DNA from: Acidobacteriota bacterium
GTDB lineage: Bacteria; Acidobacteriota; Vicinamibacteria; Vicinamibacterales; JAKQTR01
Direction: 5' to 3'
DNA: 64,000 nucleotides
Assembly: GCA_037133015.1 (NCBI GenBank)
Contig: JBAXOX010000001.1
Coordinates: 129,270 to 193,269 of the forward strand
The notes under the pieces are model-generated. The model was given only the letters and a program-made list of their open reading frames with translations, was not told the origin of the DNA and searched no databases. How positions within the stretch are numbered: the first letter of the stretch is position 1; each line of letters starts with the position of its first letter. Shown one piece after another: positions 42,663 to 51,170 of the stretch. Made by a program: the position numbers and the translations under genes.

Positions 42663-44294
42663 TTAGAGATCGTTGCCCGAGTAGGACAGGTTGAACGACT
42701 TATTGCACAGCGGGAAGTCGGGCACGATGTTGTCGACCAGCGCCCGAGACAGCGCAGGCCAGTTGAGAAACGACGGATCCACGATCTTCACGCGGTGCAG
42801 TCGCCCGCCCTCGTCAGCCATCAGCCAGTGCACGATGCAGCCACGCCATCCCTCCACCAGGGCGAAGGCCGGCTCGTAGGGCGGCATCGGCGCGAGCGCG
42901 ACCGTCAACGGACCAGGCGGGAGCGATTCCACCAACAGGCCGATCACTCGGACGGATTCTCTCACTTCGGCCACACGAATCATCGCACGGGCGCGCACAT
43001 CGCCTCCCGTTTCGAGCGGCACGCGCAACGCCAACGCGTCGTACGGCGGCCGCCCGTGATCGCGCCGCGCATCCACGTCGAGACCCGAGGCCCGCGCCAC
43101 GTATCCGCGGACGCCGAGGTCGCGGGCAACCGCGGTGTCGAGCACGCCAGCCCGGTCCAGCCGATCGGCGACCAGCGAGTTGCTGAGGCAGATGTCCACA
43201 ATCTCGAGAAAGTCGCCGACGCTGGCGTCGATCTCGGTCTGCAATTGGGCGGCGGTCACACCGCGCACCGCCGAAGCCGACCACTGGGTCTGGACCTCCG
43301 CGGCCGCCAACACGTCGCAGCCCACCCCGCCCATCACGACGGCCCCGCGAAGCAGGCGGCTGCCGGTCAGTCGCTGGTTGAGCCGCAGCAGCCGCTCCCG
43401 AATCCGGTAGCACTGCGACTGCGCGACCGCGTAGCCGGTATCGCTGATGATCATCCCGAAGTCGGCCACGTGATTGTAGAGCCGCTCCATCTCGAGCAGC
43501 ACCGCGCGCAGATGCGCCGCCCGTGGCGGGATCGTGACGCCGGCGGCCGATTCGGCGGCCTGGCAAAACGCCAGCGCGTGTCCGACCGTCGTGTCTCCCG
43601 AGATCCGTTCGGCCAGGGCCACCGCCTCGGCAGGCAGGCGTCCCTCGAACAGTTTCTCAGTGCCCTTGTGCGTGAAGCAGAGCCGCTGCTTGAGATCGAT
43701 GATCGTCTCGCCGACCGCGCTGAAGCGGAAGTGCCCGGGCTCGATGACGCCGGCGTGCACGGGGCCGACCGGAATCTCGTACACCCCGGGACCCTGAACC
43801 TCGCCGAACGGAAAAGGACGACCCTCGTCAGCGAAGTCGGGCGGCGTGGCGTCCTTCCGCAACGGGTAATAGCTCTCAGGCCAGAACCCGTGGCGCGTCA
43901 ACGGGCGTGGATCGGGATGGTTGAGCGGGACGATGCCGAACAGGTCGCGGATTTCGCGTTCGAACCGGGAGGCGGGATAGCAACTCATCGCCGACGAGGG
44001 GATCTCGGGGCGTTCGCCATCCACCAGGGCGGAGACGTGGACAAACCAGTTCTCGCGGTGATGGGCGAACACGTAATGCACGCGAAAAGCGCCGTCAACG
44101 CCCCGCCGATCTTCAGCGGCCATCAGCATCAGTTCCGCACCCCACGTTGTCCGCAGCGCCGCAGTGAGCCCCGGCATGGACGAGGGCTCGGCCATCGCGT
44201 GGAGGTCTCGCGGGTGGACCATGCGCACCTCGCGCAGCGCGTCGAGCGACGCGACGCTCCGCAACCCGTCGTGCACCTGGCTCAGGTCTCTCAT
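42663..44294 (-). CDS. NuoC-NuoD / HycE-like fused large subunit of a group-4-hydrogenase-related (Ehr-like) complex; NiFe ligand cysteines mostly absent (543 aa)
   Basis: ATG at 44294 overlaps the upstream stop (ATGA). NuoC-like N-terminal part ('YPASRFEREIRDLFGI'). NuoD/HycE-like body ('IPVGPVHAGVIEPGHFRF'). The position of the RxCGxC motif reads 'ERISGDTTVGH', and the C-terminus reads 'DFPLCNKSFNLSYSGNDL' instead of DPCxxC. Confidence 0.85.
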   Translation of the reverse strand: MRDLSQVHDGLRSVASLDALREVRMVHPRDLHAMAEPSSMPGLTAALRTTWGAELMLMAAEDRRGVDGAFRVHYVFAHHRENWFVHVSALVDGERPEIPSSAMSCYPASRFEREIRDLFGIVPLNHPDPRPLTRHGFWPESYYPLRKDATPPDFADEGRPFPFGEVQGPGVYEIPVGPVHAGVIEPGHFRFSAVGETIIDLKQRLCFTHKGTEKLFEGRLPAEAVALAERISGDTTVGHALAFCQAAESAAGVTIPPRAAHLRAVLLEMERLYNHVADFGMIISDTGYAVAQSQCYRIRERLLRLNQRLTGSRLLRGAVVMGGVGCDVLAAAEVQTQWSASAVRGVTAAQLQTEIDASVGDFLEIVDICLSNSLVADRLDRAGVLDTAVARDLGVRGYVARASGLDVDARRDHGRPPYDALALRVPLETGGDVRARAMIRVAEVRESVRVIGLLVESLPPGPLTVALAPMPPYEPAFALVEGWRGCIVHWLMADEGGRLHRVKIVDPSFLNWPALSRALVDNIVPDFPLCNKSFNLSYSGNDL

Positions 44295-45757
44295 GCGGCC
44301 ATCCCCTCGACGATGCGCCCGATCAGCGACCCGACAAACTGAGGCAGCATCAGGCCGAGCGCGATCAGCGCCAATGCGCACGCCACAATCGGGGTCAGCG
44401 CCCAGCGACCGCGTTCGCCCACCTCCACCCCAGCCGGGCCCGCACCGCACAGCATCCCCATGGCGTGGGATGCCAGACCGACAAAGCCGATGCCCGCCAG
44501 CGCCAGCGCCGCAGCCGTCTCCCAGATGTGGCCCGAGAGGAAGCCTGCGCGGAACAGGAGAAATTCTGAGACGAACAGGCCGAACGGCGGCAGGCCCATC
44601 AACGCCAGCACGCCAACGGCGAACAGCGCGCCGGTCGCTGGCATGGTGCGCGCCAGGCCCGTCACCCCGCTGACGTCGGTGGTGCCGTAGCGGCTAAGGA
44701 TACGGCCCGACAGCAGGAAACTGGCCGACTTGGCGAGCGCGTGATTCATCATGTGGAGAACCGAGGCGAACACCCCGGCGGGCCCGAACGCGAGACCGAG
44801 GCAGACCAGGCCGCTGTGCTCGACCGACGAATAGGCCAGCAGGCGCTTGTAGCTTTGCTGGCGGACCAGACTCAGCGCACCCACCGCCACCGACAACAGG
44901 CCCACCGCAAGCAGCACCTGGCTGGTAAACGCCGCGCCGCCGGGCGACAGATCGACCACCGCTTTCCAGCGGAGAATCGCGTACTGCGCCACCGCCAGCA
45001 GCACGCCCGACATCATGGCCGACAGCGGGGCCGGCGCTTCCGAATGGGCGTCGGGCAGCCACGTGTGCATCGGCGCCAGGCCGGCCTTGGTGCCGTACCC
45101 CACCAGCAGGAACACGAAGGCGAGGCGCAGCAGGCCCGGGTCGAGCGTGGGGGCCGCGTGCATGAGCAGCGCCCAGGTCGCCGGCGCCTGCCGCTGACCG
45201 GTGATCGTCACGAGGTCGAAATACGCGAGAACGGTGCCCGCAAAGGCCAGCGCGATGCCGACCGATCCGATCAGCAGGTACTTCCACGACGCTTCGACCG
45301 AAGCTTTCGACCGGTGGAGGGGCACCAGCAGCGCCGAGGTGATGGTGGTGGCTTCGACCGCCACCCACATCAGCGCGACGTTGTTGACGGTGACGGCGAG
45401 CAGCATCGCGAGCACAAAGAGGTTGCCGTACGCCTGGAACGTGCGGCGCGCGGCCGGGCTGTCGCCCTCGGCCCACAGCCCGCCCGGACCAAGCGTCATC
45501 GACATCGCGCCCACCAGGGCCACGCATCCGGCGACCAGGGCCGAGAGGGCGTCGACGCGAAACAACCCGTTCGCGTCGGGCGCGGGCCATGCTCCGCCCA
45601 TCGCGCGCATCCAGAATCCCGCTGCCGCCGCGACCGCGATCGCACGCCCAACCGCGCCAATCCAGCCGACCACGCGATGGTCGCCGACCCCGGCTGCGGC
45701 CAGGGCGGCCGAGATCGCAAACGGTCCGGCCAGTGCCCAGAGCAGCAGGGTGTCCAT
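44291..45757 (-). CDS. NuoN/NuoM / HyfF-like proton-translocating antiporter-type membrane subunit (488 aa)
   Basis: About 14 TM segments. 'WVAVEATTITSALLV', 'KAGLAPMHTWLPDAHSEAP' (conserved antiporter-subunit motif), 'LAYSSVEHSG'. Confidence 0.85.
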   Translation of the reverse strand: MDTLLLWALAGPFAISAALAAAGVGDHRVVGWIGAVGRAIAVAAAAGFWMRAMGGAWPAPDANGLFRVDALSALVAGCVALVGAMSMTLGPGGLWAEGDSPAARRTFQAYGNLFVLAMLLAVTVNNVALMWVAVEATTITSALLVPLHRSKASVEASWKYLLIGSVGIALAFAGTVLAYFDLVTITGQRQAPATWALLMHAAPTLDPGLLRLAFVFLLVGYGTKAGLAPMHTWLPDAHSEAPAPLSAMMSGVLLAVAQYAILRWKAVVDLSPGGAAFTSQVLLAVGLLSVAVGALSLVRQQSYKRLLAYSSVEHSGLVCLGLAFGPAGVFASVLHMMNHALAKSASFLLSGRILSRYGTTDVSGVTGLARTMPATGALFAVGVLALMGLPPFGLFVSEFLLFRAGFLSGHIWETAAALALAGIGFVGLASHAMGMLCGAGPAGVEVGERGRWALTPIVACALALIALGLMLPQFVGSLIGRIVEGMAA

Positions 45758-45758
45758 A

Positions 45759-46415
45759 TCAGTGCTTCAGCCGGCTCAACGCGTCGACGTCGAGCGTGTT
45801 GAAAGTGTCGTGAATGTCGTAGAGCACGATCTGCATCACCAGGAATCCCATCAAGGCATCGAGAAACACGCCCAGTTCGACCACCAACGGCACGCCGTAG
45901 GTCGCGAGCACGGCCAGCAGGGCGATGGCGTTCTCGAGCATGAGAAACCCGATCACCTGCGAGATGGCCTTCTTGCTGCTGACGATGACGAACAGGCTGA
46001 CAAACATCAGGCCGATGGCCAGCGGAATGCCCCCGTGCGTGGGGGCCGCGGCCATCGCCTGCAGCGGCCGCGCCGCCGTGTACGCGAGCAGAATCAGCAA
46101 TCCGCAAATCACCAGCGACGCCGCCGTGCTCACCAGCGGCGAGCTTTCGCGGTGCTGGCCTACGCGTGCGGCCAGCCGCGTCAACAGCCGCGGGATCGCC
46201 ACGCCCTTGACCGCCACCATCAGAGCTGCGACCCAGTAGAGATCGCGATCGTCGCCGAAGTACGCCACCGCGGCCGTGAGCGCGGCCAGCACGTTCGACT
46301 GCCATTTGAACGCGGTGATATAGCCGTCGATGTGGTGCCGCCACACCAGCAGGATCGCGCACAGCAGAACGCCGCTCGCCCCCAGCACTGCGACTTCCGA
46401 AAACAGTTTGTCCAC
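45759..46415 (-). CDS. HyfE-like (NuoK-related) small membrane subunit (218 aa)
   Basis: GTG at 46415 preceded by GAGG, 5 nt after the upstream TAA. Seven hydrophobic segments. 'GFLMLENAIALLAV' is typical of HyfE/HycP-type subunits. Confidence 0.7.
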   Translation of the reverse strand: MDKLFSEVAVLGASGVLLCAILLVWRHHIDGYITAFKWQSNVLAALTAAVAYFGDDRDLYWVAALMVAVKGVAIPRLLTRLAARVGQHRESSPLVSTAASLVICGLLILLAYTAARPLQAMAAAPTHGGIPLAIGLMFVSLFVIVSSKKAISQVIGFLMLENAIALLAVLATYGVPLVVELGVFLDALMGFLVMQIVLYDIHDTFNTLDVDALSRLKH

Positions 46416-46420
46416 CGCCC

Positions 46421-47371
46421 TTACCTCAAGGAAAACGACGAGGTCACGGCCAGCAGGCCGAGCACGAACGAGACGGCCAGCAGTTCGGGCACGCGAAACA
46501 GCCGCAGCTTGGCGACGCGGGTTTCGAACACGGCAAGCCCGATCGCCAGCACGACAAGCTTGGCGACGGTGGCGGCCACCGCCATCGCGATCGCCCCTGC
46601 CGCCAGCGACGTAGCGAGCCCCCACGGCACGAACAGGTTGGCGGCCAGCGTGAGGAACACCGTCAGCTTGAGCCACGAGGCCCATTCCACCAGCGCCAGC
46701 GCCGGGCCCGAGTACTCGAGAACCATCGCCTCGTGGATCATCGTCAGCTCCAGATGCGTCGCTGGGTTGTCGACCGGGAGCCGGCCCGTCTCGGCCAGCA
46801 TCACGATGAAGAGCGCCGCGAAGGCGAGGATGTGGCCGGGGCTCAGCGCGTCGGTCGGATGGGCGATCGTGCGCGCGGCAATCTCGCCGAGGTTGGTCGA
46901 GCCCGCGCCGAGCGCGAGCGACAGCATGGCCAGTGCGATGGCCGGCTCGCTGAGCGAGGCAATCGTCATCTCGCGGCTGGCGCCCATGCCGCCAAACGCC
47001 GAGCCCGGGTCGAGCCCGCCCAGGGCGAGCGCGAAGGTCCCGAGCAGCAGCAGGTACACGAGCGCAAACAGATCGGCGACCTGGTTGAAGGGAAGCGGCG
47101 TGACGAACACCGGCACCAGCAGGGCCACCACCACCGTACTGCCGAAGACCACGAACGGCGCCGCGCGGAAGATCCACGAGGCGTTCGACGACACGATCGT
47201 GTCCTTGCCGAACAGCTTGCGCAGTTCGGCGTACGGCTGCCAGACGGGCGCGCCGCGGCGGTTCTGCAGCCGGGCCTTCACCCACCGAATCAGCCCGACT
47301 AGCAGCGGCGCCACCGCCAGCGCCAGCAGCGCCTGCGCGATTTCGACGACCACACCTAGCGTATTGAACAC
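46421..47371 (-). CDS. NuoH / HycD-like membrane subunit (316 aa)
   Basis: GTG at 47371 preceded by GGCGGAGG (the track's alternative is TTG at 47395). 'RKLFGKD', 'LAETGRLPVDNPATHLELTMIHEAMVLEYSG' is the NuoH/HycD quinone-loop-type motif. Confidence 0.85.
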   Translation of the reverse strand: MFNTLGVVVEIAQALLALAVAPLLVGLIRWVKARLQNRRGAPVWQPYAELRKLFGKDTIVSSNASWIFRAAPFVVFGSTVVVALLVPVFVTPLPFNQVADLFALVYLLLLGTFALALGGLDPGSAFGGMGASREMTIASLSEPAIALAMLSLALGAGSTNLGEIAARTIAHPTDALSPGHILAFAALFIVMLAETGRLPVDNPATHLELTMIHEAMVLEYSGPALALVEWASWLKLTVFLTLAANLFVPWGLATSLAAGAIAMAVAATVAKLVVLAIGLAVFETRVAKLRLFRVPELLAVSFVLGLLAVTSSFSLR

Positions 47372-47384
47372 GTCTGCCTCCGCC

Positions 47385-49433
47385 TCAGAACCCAATCACC
47401 CACGCCAGCAAGATCACCAGGACGAACACGATATAGCCCACGTACGCGTTGACCGATCCCGACTGCAGGGCCCGCGTCCACGTGGCCACTCGCTCGACGC
47501 CCTGCACCACCGGCTCGTACAGCACACGCTGGAACCAGGGGTGGATCGTCGTCTGGTAGGTCATCGATTCGATGTAATACGGCGATTCGGGCCGCACCAC
47601 GCCGACCGCGGTGTCGTCGACGGGCCGGTAGAGCTGATCGAACACGCGGCGCAGCGGTTCGGCGAACGCGGTGGAGGTGTATTCCATCCGCGGCGACTGG
47701 CCGATCCGGCCGCAGCCCCAGGTGTCTCCGACGTGGACCGGCCGCCGGGCGATCAGGCGCAGCACGATCCACGTGCCCGCCACCACCGCGACCAGCACCA
47801 TCGCGACGGCCACCGGCGACATCGTCGCCATGCCGGTTGGCGTGCGCAGGGTGACGCCGACATGGAGCGCCGGGGCGATCGACGGCAGTCCTGCGACACC
47901 GGCCAGTGCGCCGGTGATCGTCGTCAGCGTCGGAATGGTCGCCAGGGCGAGCAGCGGGCAGGCTGCCGCCAGCAGCGCCATGCCCGCCAGCATCGGGCCA
48001 GGGCTCTCGTGCGCGTGTGCGGCGCCGGGCGATCGGGGAATCGCGAGGCACGTCACGCCGAACGCCTTGACGAAGGTGGCCGCGGCCAGCCCGCCGGTGA
48101 GCGCGAGCGCGCCGACACCCAGCGTGAGCAGGCCGGCAATCGACGCCCGCGAACTGGCGACGCCCGGCAGAAACGACTGGAAGAGCAGCCATTCGCTGAC
48201 GAAGCCGTTGAGCGGCGGCAACGCGGCAATCGACATCGAGCCCGCCAGCAGCGTCGTCGCGGTCCACGGCATGCGCGTGATCAGGCCGCCCAGCAAGTTG
48301 ATGTCGCGGGTGCCGGTCGCGTGCACGATCGAGCCGGCGCTGAGGAAGAGCGCGCCCTTGAAGGCCGCGTGATTGATCAGGTGGAGCAGGGCGGCCGACA
48401 GGGCCAGCATCGCGGCTTCGGGCTGACCGAGGCTCAGAAACAGAAAGCCCGCGCCCACGCCCAACAGCACCAGCCCGACGTTCTCGACCGTCGAGTACGC
48501 CAGCAGTTCCTTGAGGTCGTCGGCGACCAGGGCATAAAGCACACCGGTAAGGGCCGACGCGGCGCCCAGGATGATGAGAAGTGTGCCCCACCAGGCCGGC
48601 CCGCCGCCCAGCAGATCGAGGCCGATGCGCAGGAGGCCGTAGATGCCCAACTTCACCATCACTGCCGACATCAGCGCCGACACGTGACTGGGCGCGGCCG
48701 GGTGGGCGCGCGGCAGCCACACGTGGAACGGCACCATCCCCGCCTTCGACCCGCAGCCCAGCAGGGCCAGCAGGAAAATCGCGGCGCGGGTCTCCGATGG
48801 CAGAAGTCCGGCGCTGCTGCGGAGGGCGGCGAACGTCGCCCCGCTTCCGTCGGCCGATCCCGATCCCAGAAGGAAGAACGCGGCCATCAGTGCGAGGAGG
48901 CCGGCGTGGGTCATGGCCAGATACCAGAGACCTGCATCGACCGACGCCTGGCGGTCGTGTTCGGTGACGACCAGAAAGAACGAACTCACCGCCATCAATT
49001 CCCAGCAGAGCAGGAAGGTCACGGCGTTGGCGGCGACGGTCACCAGGCTCATGCTCAGCAGGAAGGCGCCGAACGTGAAGGCCATCCACCGCGTGGAGTA
49101 GCGGCCCTCGTAGCTGCGCATGTAGGCGATGGCGTAGAGGCCAACCGGAATCGCGACACCGGAGACCAACGCGAGAAAGAGGGCGCCGAGCCGATCGAGG
49201 TGGACGAGCCAGCCGCCTGCCGCGGCCAGAACCGCAGGCGCCTCGATCGTCAGCGACGCGTCGGTCCACAGCACGAGGCAGGCCAGCGCAAGGCCGCCCG
49301 CGCCGCCGGCGACCGATCCGATGGCGACGGCCATGCGAACCAGGCGCCGGGTCGGCATCACCAGCCCGGCCGACGCGATGGCGTAACCGGCGACCATCAG
49401 CCAGAACAACGGCAGGGCGAACGCGGCGGTCAC
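47385..49433 (-). CDS. NuoL / HyfB-like antiporter-type membrane subunit (682 aa)
   Basis: GTG at 49433 overlaps the upstream stop (GTGA); the track ORF 47385..49844 extends spuriously upstream. 'FLLCWELMAVSSFFLV', 'GSKAGMVPFHVWLPRAHPAAPSHVSALMS', 'AYSTVENVG'. Confidence 0.85.
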   Translation of the reverse strand: MTAAFALPLFWLMVAGYAIASAGLVMPTRRLVRMAVAIGSVAGGAGGLALACLVLWTDASLTIEAPAVLAAAGGWLVHLDRLGALFLALVSGVAIPVGLYAIAYMRSYEGRYSTRWMAFTFGAFLLSMSLVTVAANAVTFLLCWELMAVSSFFLVVTEHDRQASVDAGLWYLAMTHAGLLALMAAFFLLGSGSADGSGATFAALRSSAGLLPSETRAAIFLLALLGCGSKAGMVPFHVWLPRAHPAAPSHVSALMSAVMVKLGIYGLLRIGLDLLGGGPAWWGTLLIILGAASALTGVLYALVADDLKELLAYSTVENVGLVLLGVGAGFLFLSLGQPEAAMLALSAALLHLINHAAFKGALFLSAGSIVHATGTRDINLLGGLITRMPWTATTLLAGSMSIAALPPLNGFVSEWLLFQSFLPGVASSRASIAGLLTLGVGALALTGGLAAATFVKAFGVTCLAIPRSPGAAHAHESPGPMLAGMALLAAACPLLALATIPTLTTITGALAGVAGLPSIAPALHVGVTLRTPTGMATMSPVAVAMVLVAVVAGTWIVLRLIARRPVHVGDTWGCGRIGQSPRMEYTSTAFAEPLRRVFDQLYRPVDDTAVGVVRPESPYYIESMTYQTTIHPWFQRVLYEPVVQGVERVATWTRALQSGSVNAYVGYIVFVLVILLAWVIGF

Positions 49434-49999
49434 AACGCGTCCGCCTGACCCGCGGGCGACACACCGGCTGGCGGGGCCGACGCGACGGGCAGGTCGAGCC
49501 GGCCGATCGCGACCAGGATGGCGCGCAGGATGTCGGCGGGCGAGGGCGGGCAGCCCGACACCACGACATCGACGGGCACCACCGAGGCCACGTTGCCCAC
49601 CACGGCGTAGCTGCCGGCGAACACCCCGCAGTCCCGTGCGCAGTCGCCGACGGCGACCACCAGTTTCGGATCGGGCGTGGCCTCGTAGGTTTTCCTGAGC
49701 GGGACCTCCATGTTGCGGGTCACCGGACCGGTCACCAGCAGGAGGTCGGCGTGGCGGGGCGATGCGACGAAGTGCAGGCCGAAACGTTCGAGGTCGTAGG
49801 TGGGGCCGGCCAGGCCCGAGATCTCGAGTTCGCAGCCATTGCACGAGCCGGCGTCCACCTGGCGGATGCCGACGGATCGGCCCAGGAGGCGGCGCGCCCT
49901 GGCGTCGATCGGGCGGACGATGGTGATGGCGTCGAGGCCGCCTTCTGGCAGCGGTTCGGTGACGATGCCGACGCGCCGGATCTTCTGGAACAGTTTCAT
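49430..49999 (-). CDS. NuoB / HycG-like small subunit with [4Fe-4S] ligands retained (189 aa)
   Basis: 'VDAGSCNGCELEI', 'VAVGDCARDCG' and 'VVSGCPPSP' supply the four canonical Cys of the N2-type cluster. Confidence 0.9.
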   Translation of the reverse strand: MKLFQKIRRVGIVTEPLPEGGLDAITIVRPIDARARRLLGRSVGIRQVDAGSCNGCELEISGLAGPTYDLERFGLHFVASPRHADLLLVTGPVTRNMEVPLRKTYEATPDPKLVVAVGDCARDCGVFAGSYAVVGNVASVVPVDVVVSGCPPSPADILRAILVAIGRLDLPVASAPPAGVSPAGQADAL

Positions 50000-50346
50000 T
50001 GGGCCCGTCGTCGTTCCCGGCGCAGTTCCTTGAGCATGGTCTGCGTTTCGGTGAGGTGGGTATTGAAGATGGCGCGGGCGGTGGCGAACAGGTCGTGGAT
50101 GAGGGGGTCGCGGACGGCGTAGCGGACCGAGGTGCCGGACTTGCTGGCGGTCACCAGGTTTTTGGCGCGCAGGATGGAGAGTTGCTGGGACACCGAAGGC
50201 TGGTCGAGGCCGAGGGCCTCCTGGAGTTCCTGGACGCTGCGGGTGCCGGTGCGGAGTTCCTCGATCAGGCGGATGCGGATCGGGTGTGCGAGGGCGCGGA
50301 AGAACTCGGCCTTGAAGACCTGCAGGTCGGTGTAGGGCACGCGCAT
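49996..50346 (-). CDS. ArsR/SmtB-family transcriptional regulator (116 aa), first gene of the Ehr-like operon
   Basis: 'FRALAHPIRIRLIEEL...SVQELQEALGLDQPSVSQQLSILRAKNLV' is a winged HTH. No ELCVCDL-type metal-site cysteines are present. The stop overlaps the NuoB-like start (ATGA). Confidence 0.9.
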   Translation of the reverse strand: MRVPYTDLQVFKAEFFRALAHPIRIRLIEELRTGTRSVQELQEALGLDQPSVSQQLSILRAKNLVTASKSGTSVRYAVRDPLIHDLFATARAIFNTHLTETQTMLKELRRERRRAQ

Positions 50347-50372
50347 ATCTAGATATTCATATATAACATATT
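50345..50372. promoter_or_regulatory. AT-rich island with a perfect 12-bp palindrome in the divergent arsR / ABC promoter region (candidate operator)
   Basis: ATATCTAGATAT (50345-50356) is self-complementary and overlaps the arsR ATG. The 28 nt from 50345 to 50372 contain only 4 G/C in a ~70 % GC genome. Confidence 0.4.
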
Positions 50373-50423
50373 CGCGGTGGCCGTCAACCCGCCCCGCCTC
50401 CGCGCGCCCGCCCCGGCGTTCCG

Positions 50424-51170
50424 TTGTACACTGCCCTCATCGTGATCGACGTCCAGCACCTCACCAAGACCTACGGCGCCTTCAAGGCCGTCGACGACCT
50501 CTCGTTCCTCGTCGGCCCCGGCGAGGTCGTCGGCCTGATCGGCCCCAACGGCGCCGGCAAGACCTCGACCCTCCGGTGCCTGGTCGGCATCCAGGCCCCC
50601 ACCTCGGGCTCCATCACCATCGCCCGCCACTCTATCGTCTCCGACCCGGTCGCCGCCAAGTCGGCGCTCGCCTTCATGGCCGACGAACCGCACCTGTTCG
50701 AGTACCTCACTGTGATGGAACACCTGCGGCTCACCGCCAGGATCTACCACGTGCCCGACGTCGACGCCCGCGCCCTCCGCCTGCTCGACGAACTCGAACT
50801 GACGGGCAAGGAGCATCTGCTCCCCGTCGAGTTGTCGCGCGGCATGAAGCAGAAAGTCGCCATCGCCTGCGGCCTGCTGCACGACCCCGCCGTCATGCTG
50901 TTCGACGAACCCCTCACCGGCCTCGACCCGCTCGGCATCCGGCGCATGAAGGAGACCATCGTCGCCCGCGGCCGCGCCGGCGCGGCCGTGATGGTGTCGT
51001 CCCACCTGCTCCATCTGGTCGAGGAGATCTGCACCCGGGTGATCATCATCGACCACGGACGCAAGATCGCCGACGGCACGCTCGACCAACTCAAGACCAC
51101 TCCCGAACTGGTCTCGGCCGGCGCCTCCCTCGAGCAGATCTTCCTCACCGCCACCGCGCGCGAGTCGTAG
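50424..51170 (+). CDS. ABC transporter ATP-binding protein
   Basis: Walker A 'GPNGAGKTS', signature 'LSRGMKQKVAIA', Walker B 'VMLFDEP'. Start is TTG at 50424 or GTG at 50442. Confidence 0.9.
   Translation: MYTALIVIDVQHLTKTYGAFKAVDDLSFLVGPGEVVGLIGPNGAGKTSTLRCLVGIQAPTSGSITIARHSIVSDPVAAKSALAFMADEPHLFEYLTVMEHLRLTARIYHVPDVDARALRLLDELELTGKEHLLPVELSRGMKQKVAIACGLLHDPAVMLFDEPLTGLDPLGIRRMKETIVARGRAGAAVMVSSHLLHLVEEICTRVIIIDHGRKIADGTLDQLKTTPELVSAGASLEQIFLTATARES

Noticed and set aside
45201-49448. Very long alternative ORFs opposite real genes. Examples: 45201..49448 (+, 1415 aa), 30722..33283 (-), 33899..36175 (-), 16664..19114 (+), 50576..53863 (+), 52833..55442 (-), 56920..59718 (-), 59394..61268 (-), 9884..11248 (-), 20781..22274 (-).
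   Set aside because: Their products are Arg/Gly/Ala/Pro-rich and low-complexity, typical of out-of-frame or antisense ORFs in ~70 % GC DNA. Each overlaps a gene with strong motif support, and none shows a recognisable domain.
42663-49999. Annotating the operon as a functional [NiFe] hydrogenase-4 or formate hydrogenlyase.
   Set aside because: The large subunit lacks the N-terminal CxxC and most of the C-terminal CxxC NiFe ligands. There is no HycF-type ferredoxin subunit, no FdhF and no hyp or hycI maturation genes in the window. It is therefore called Ehr/complex-I-like instead.
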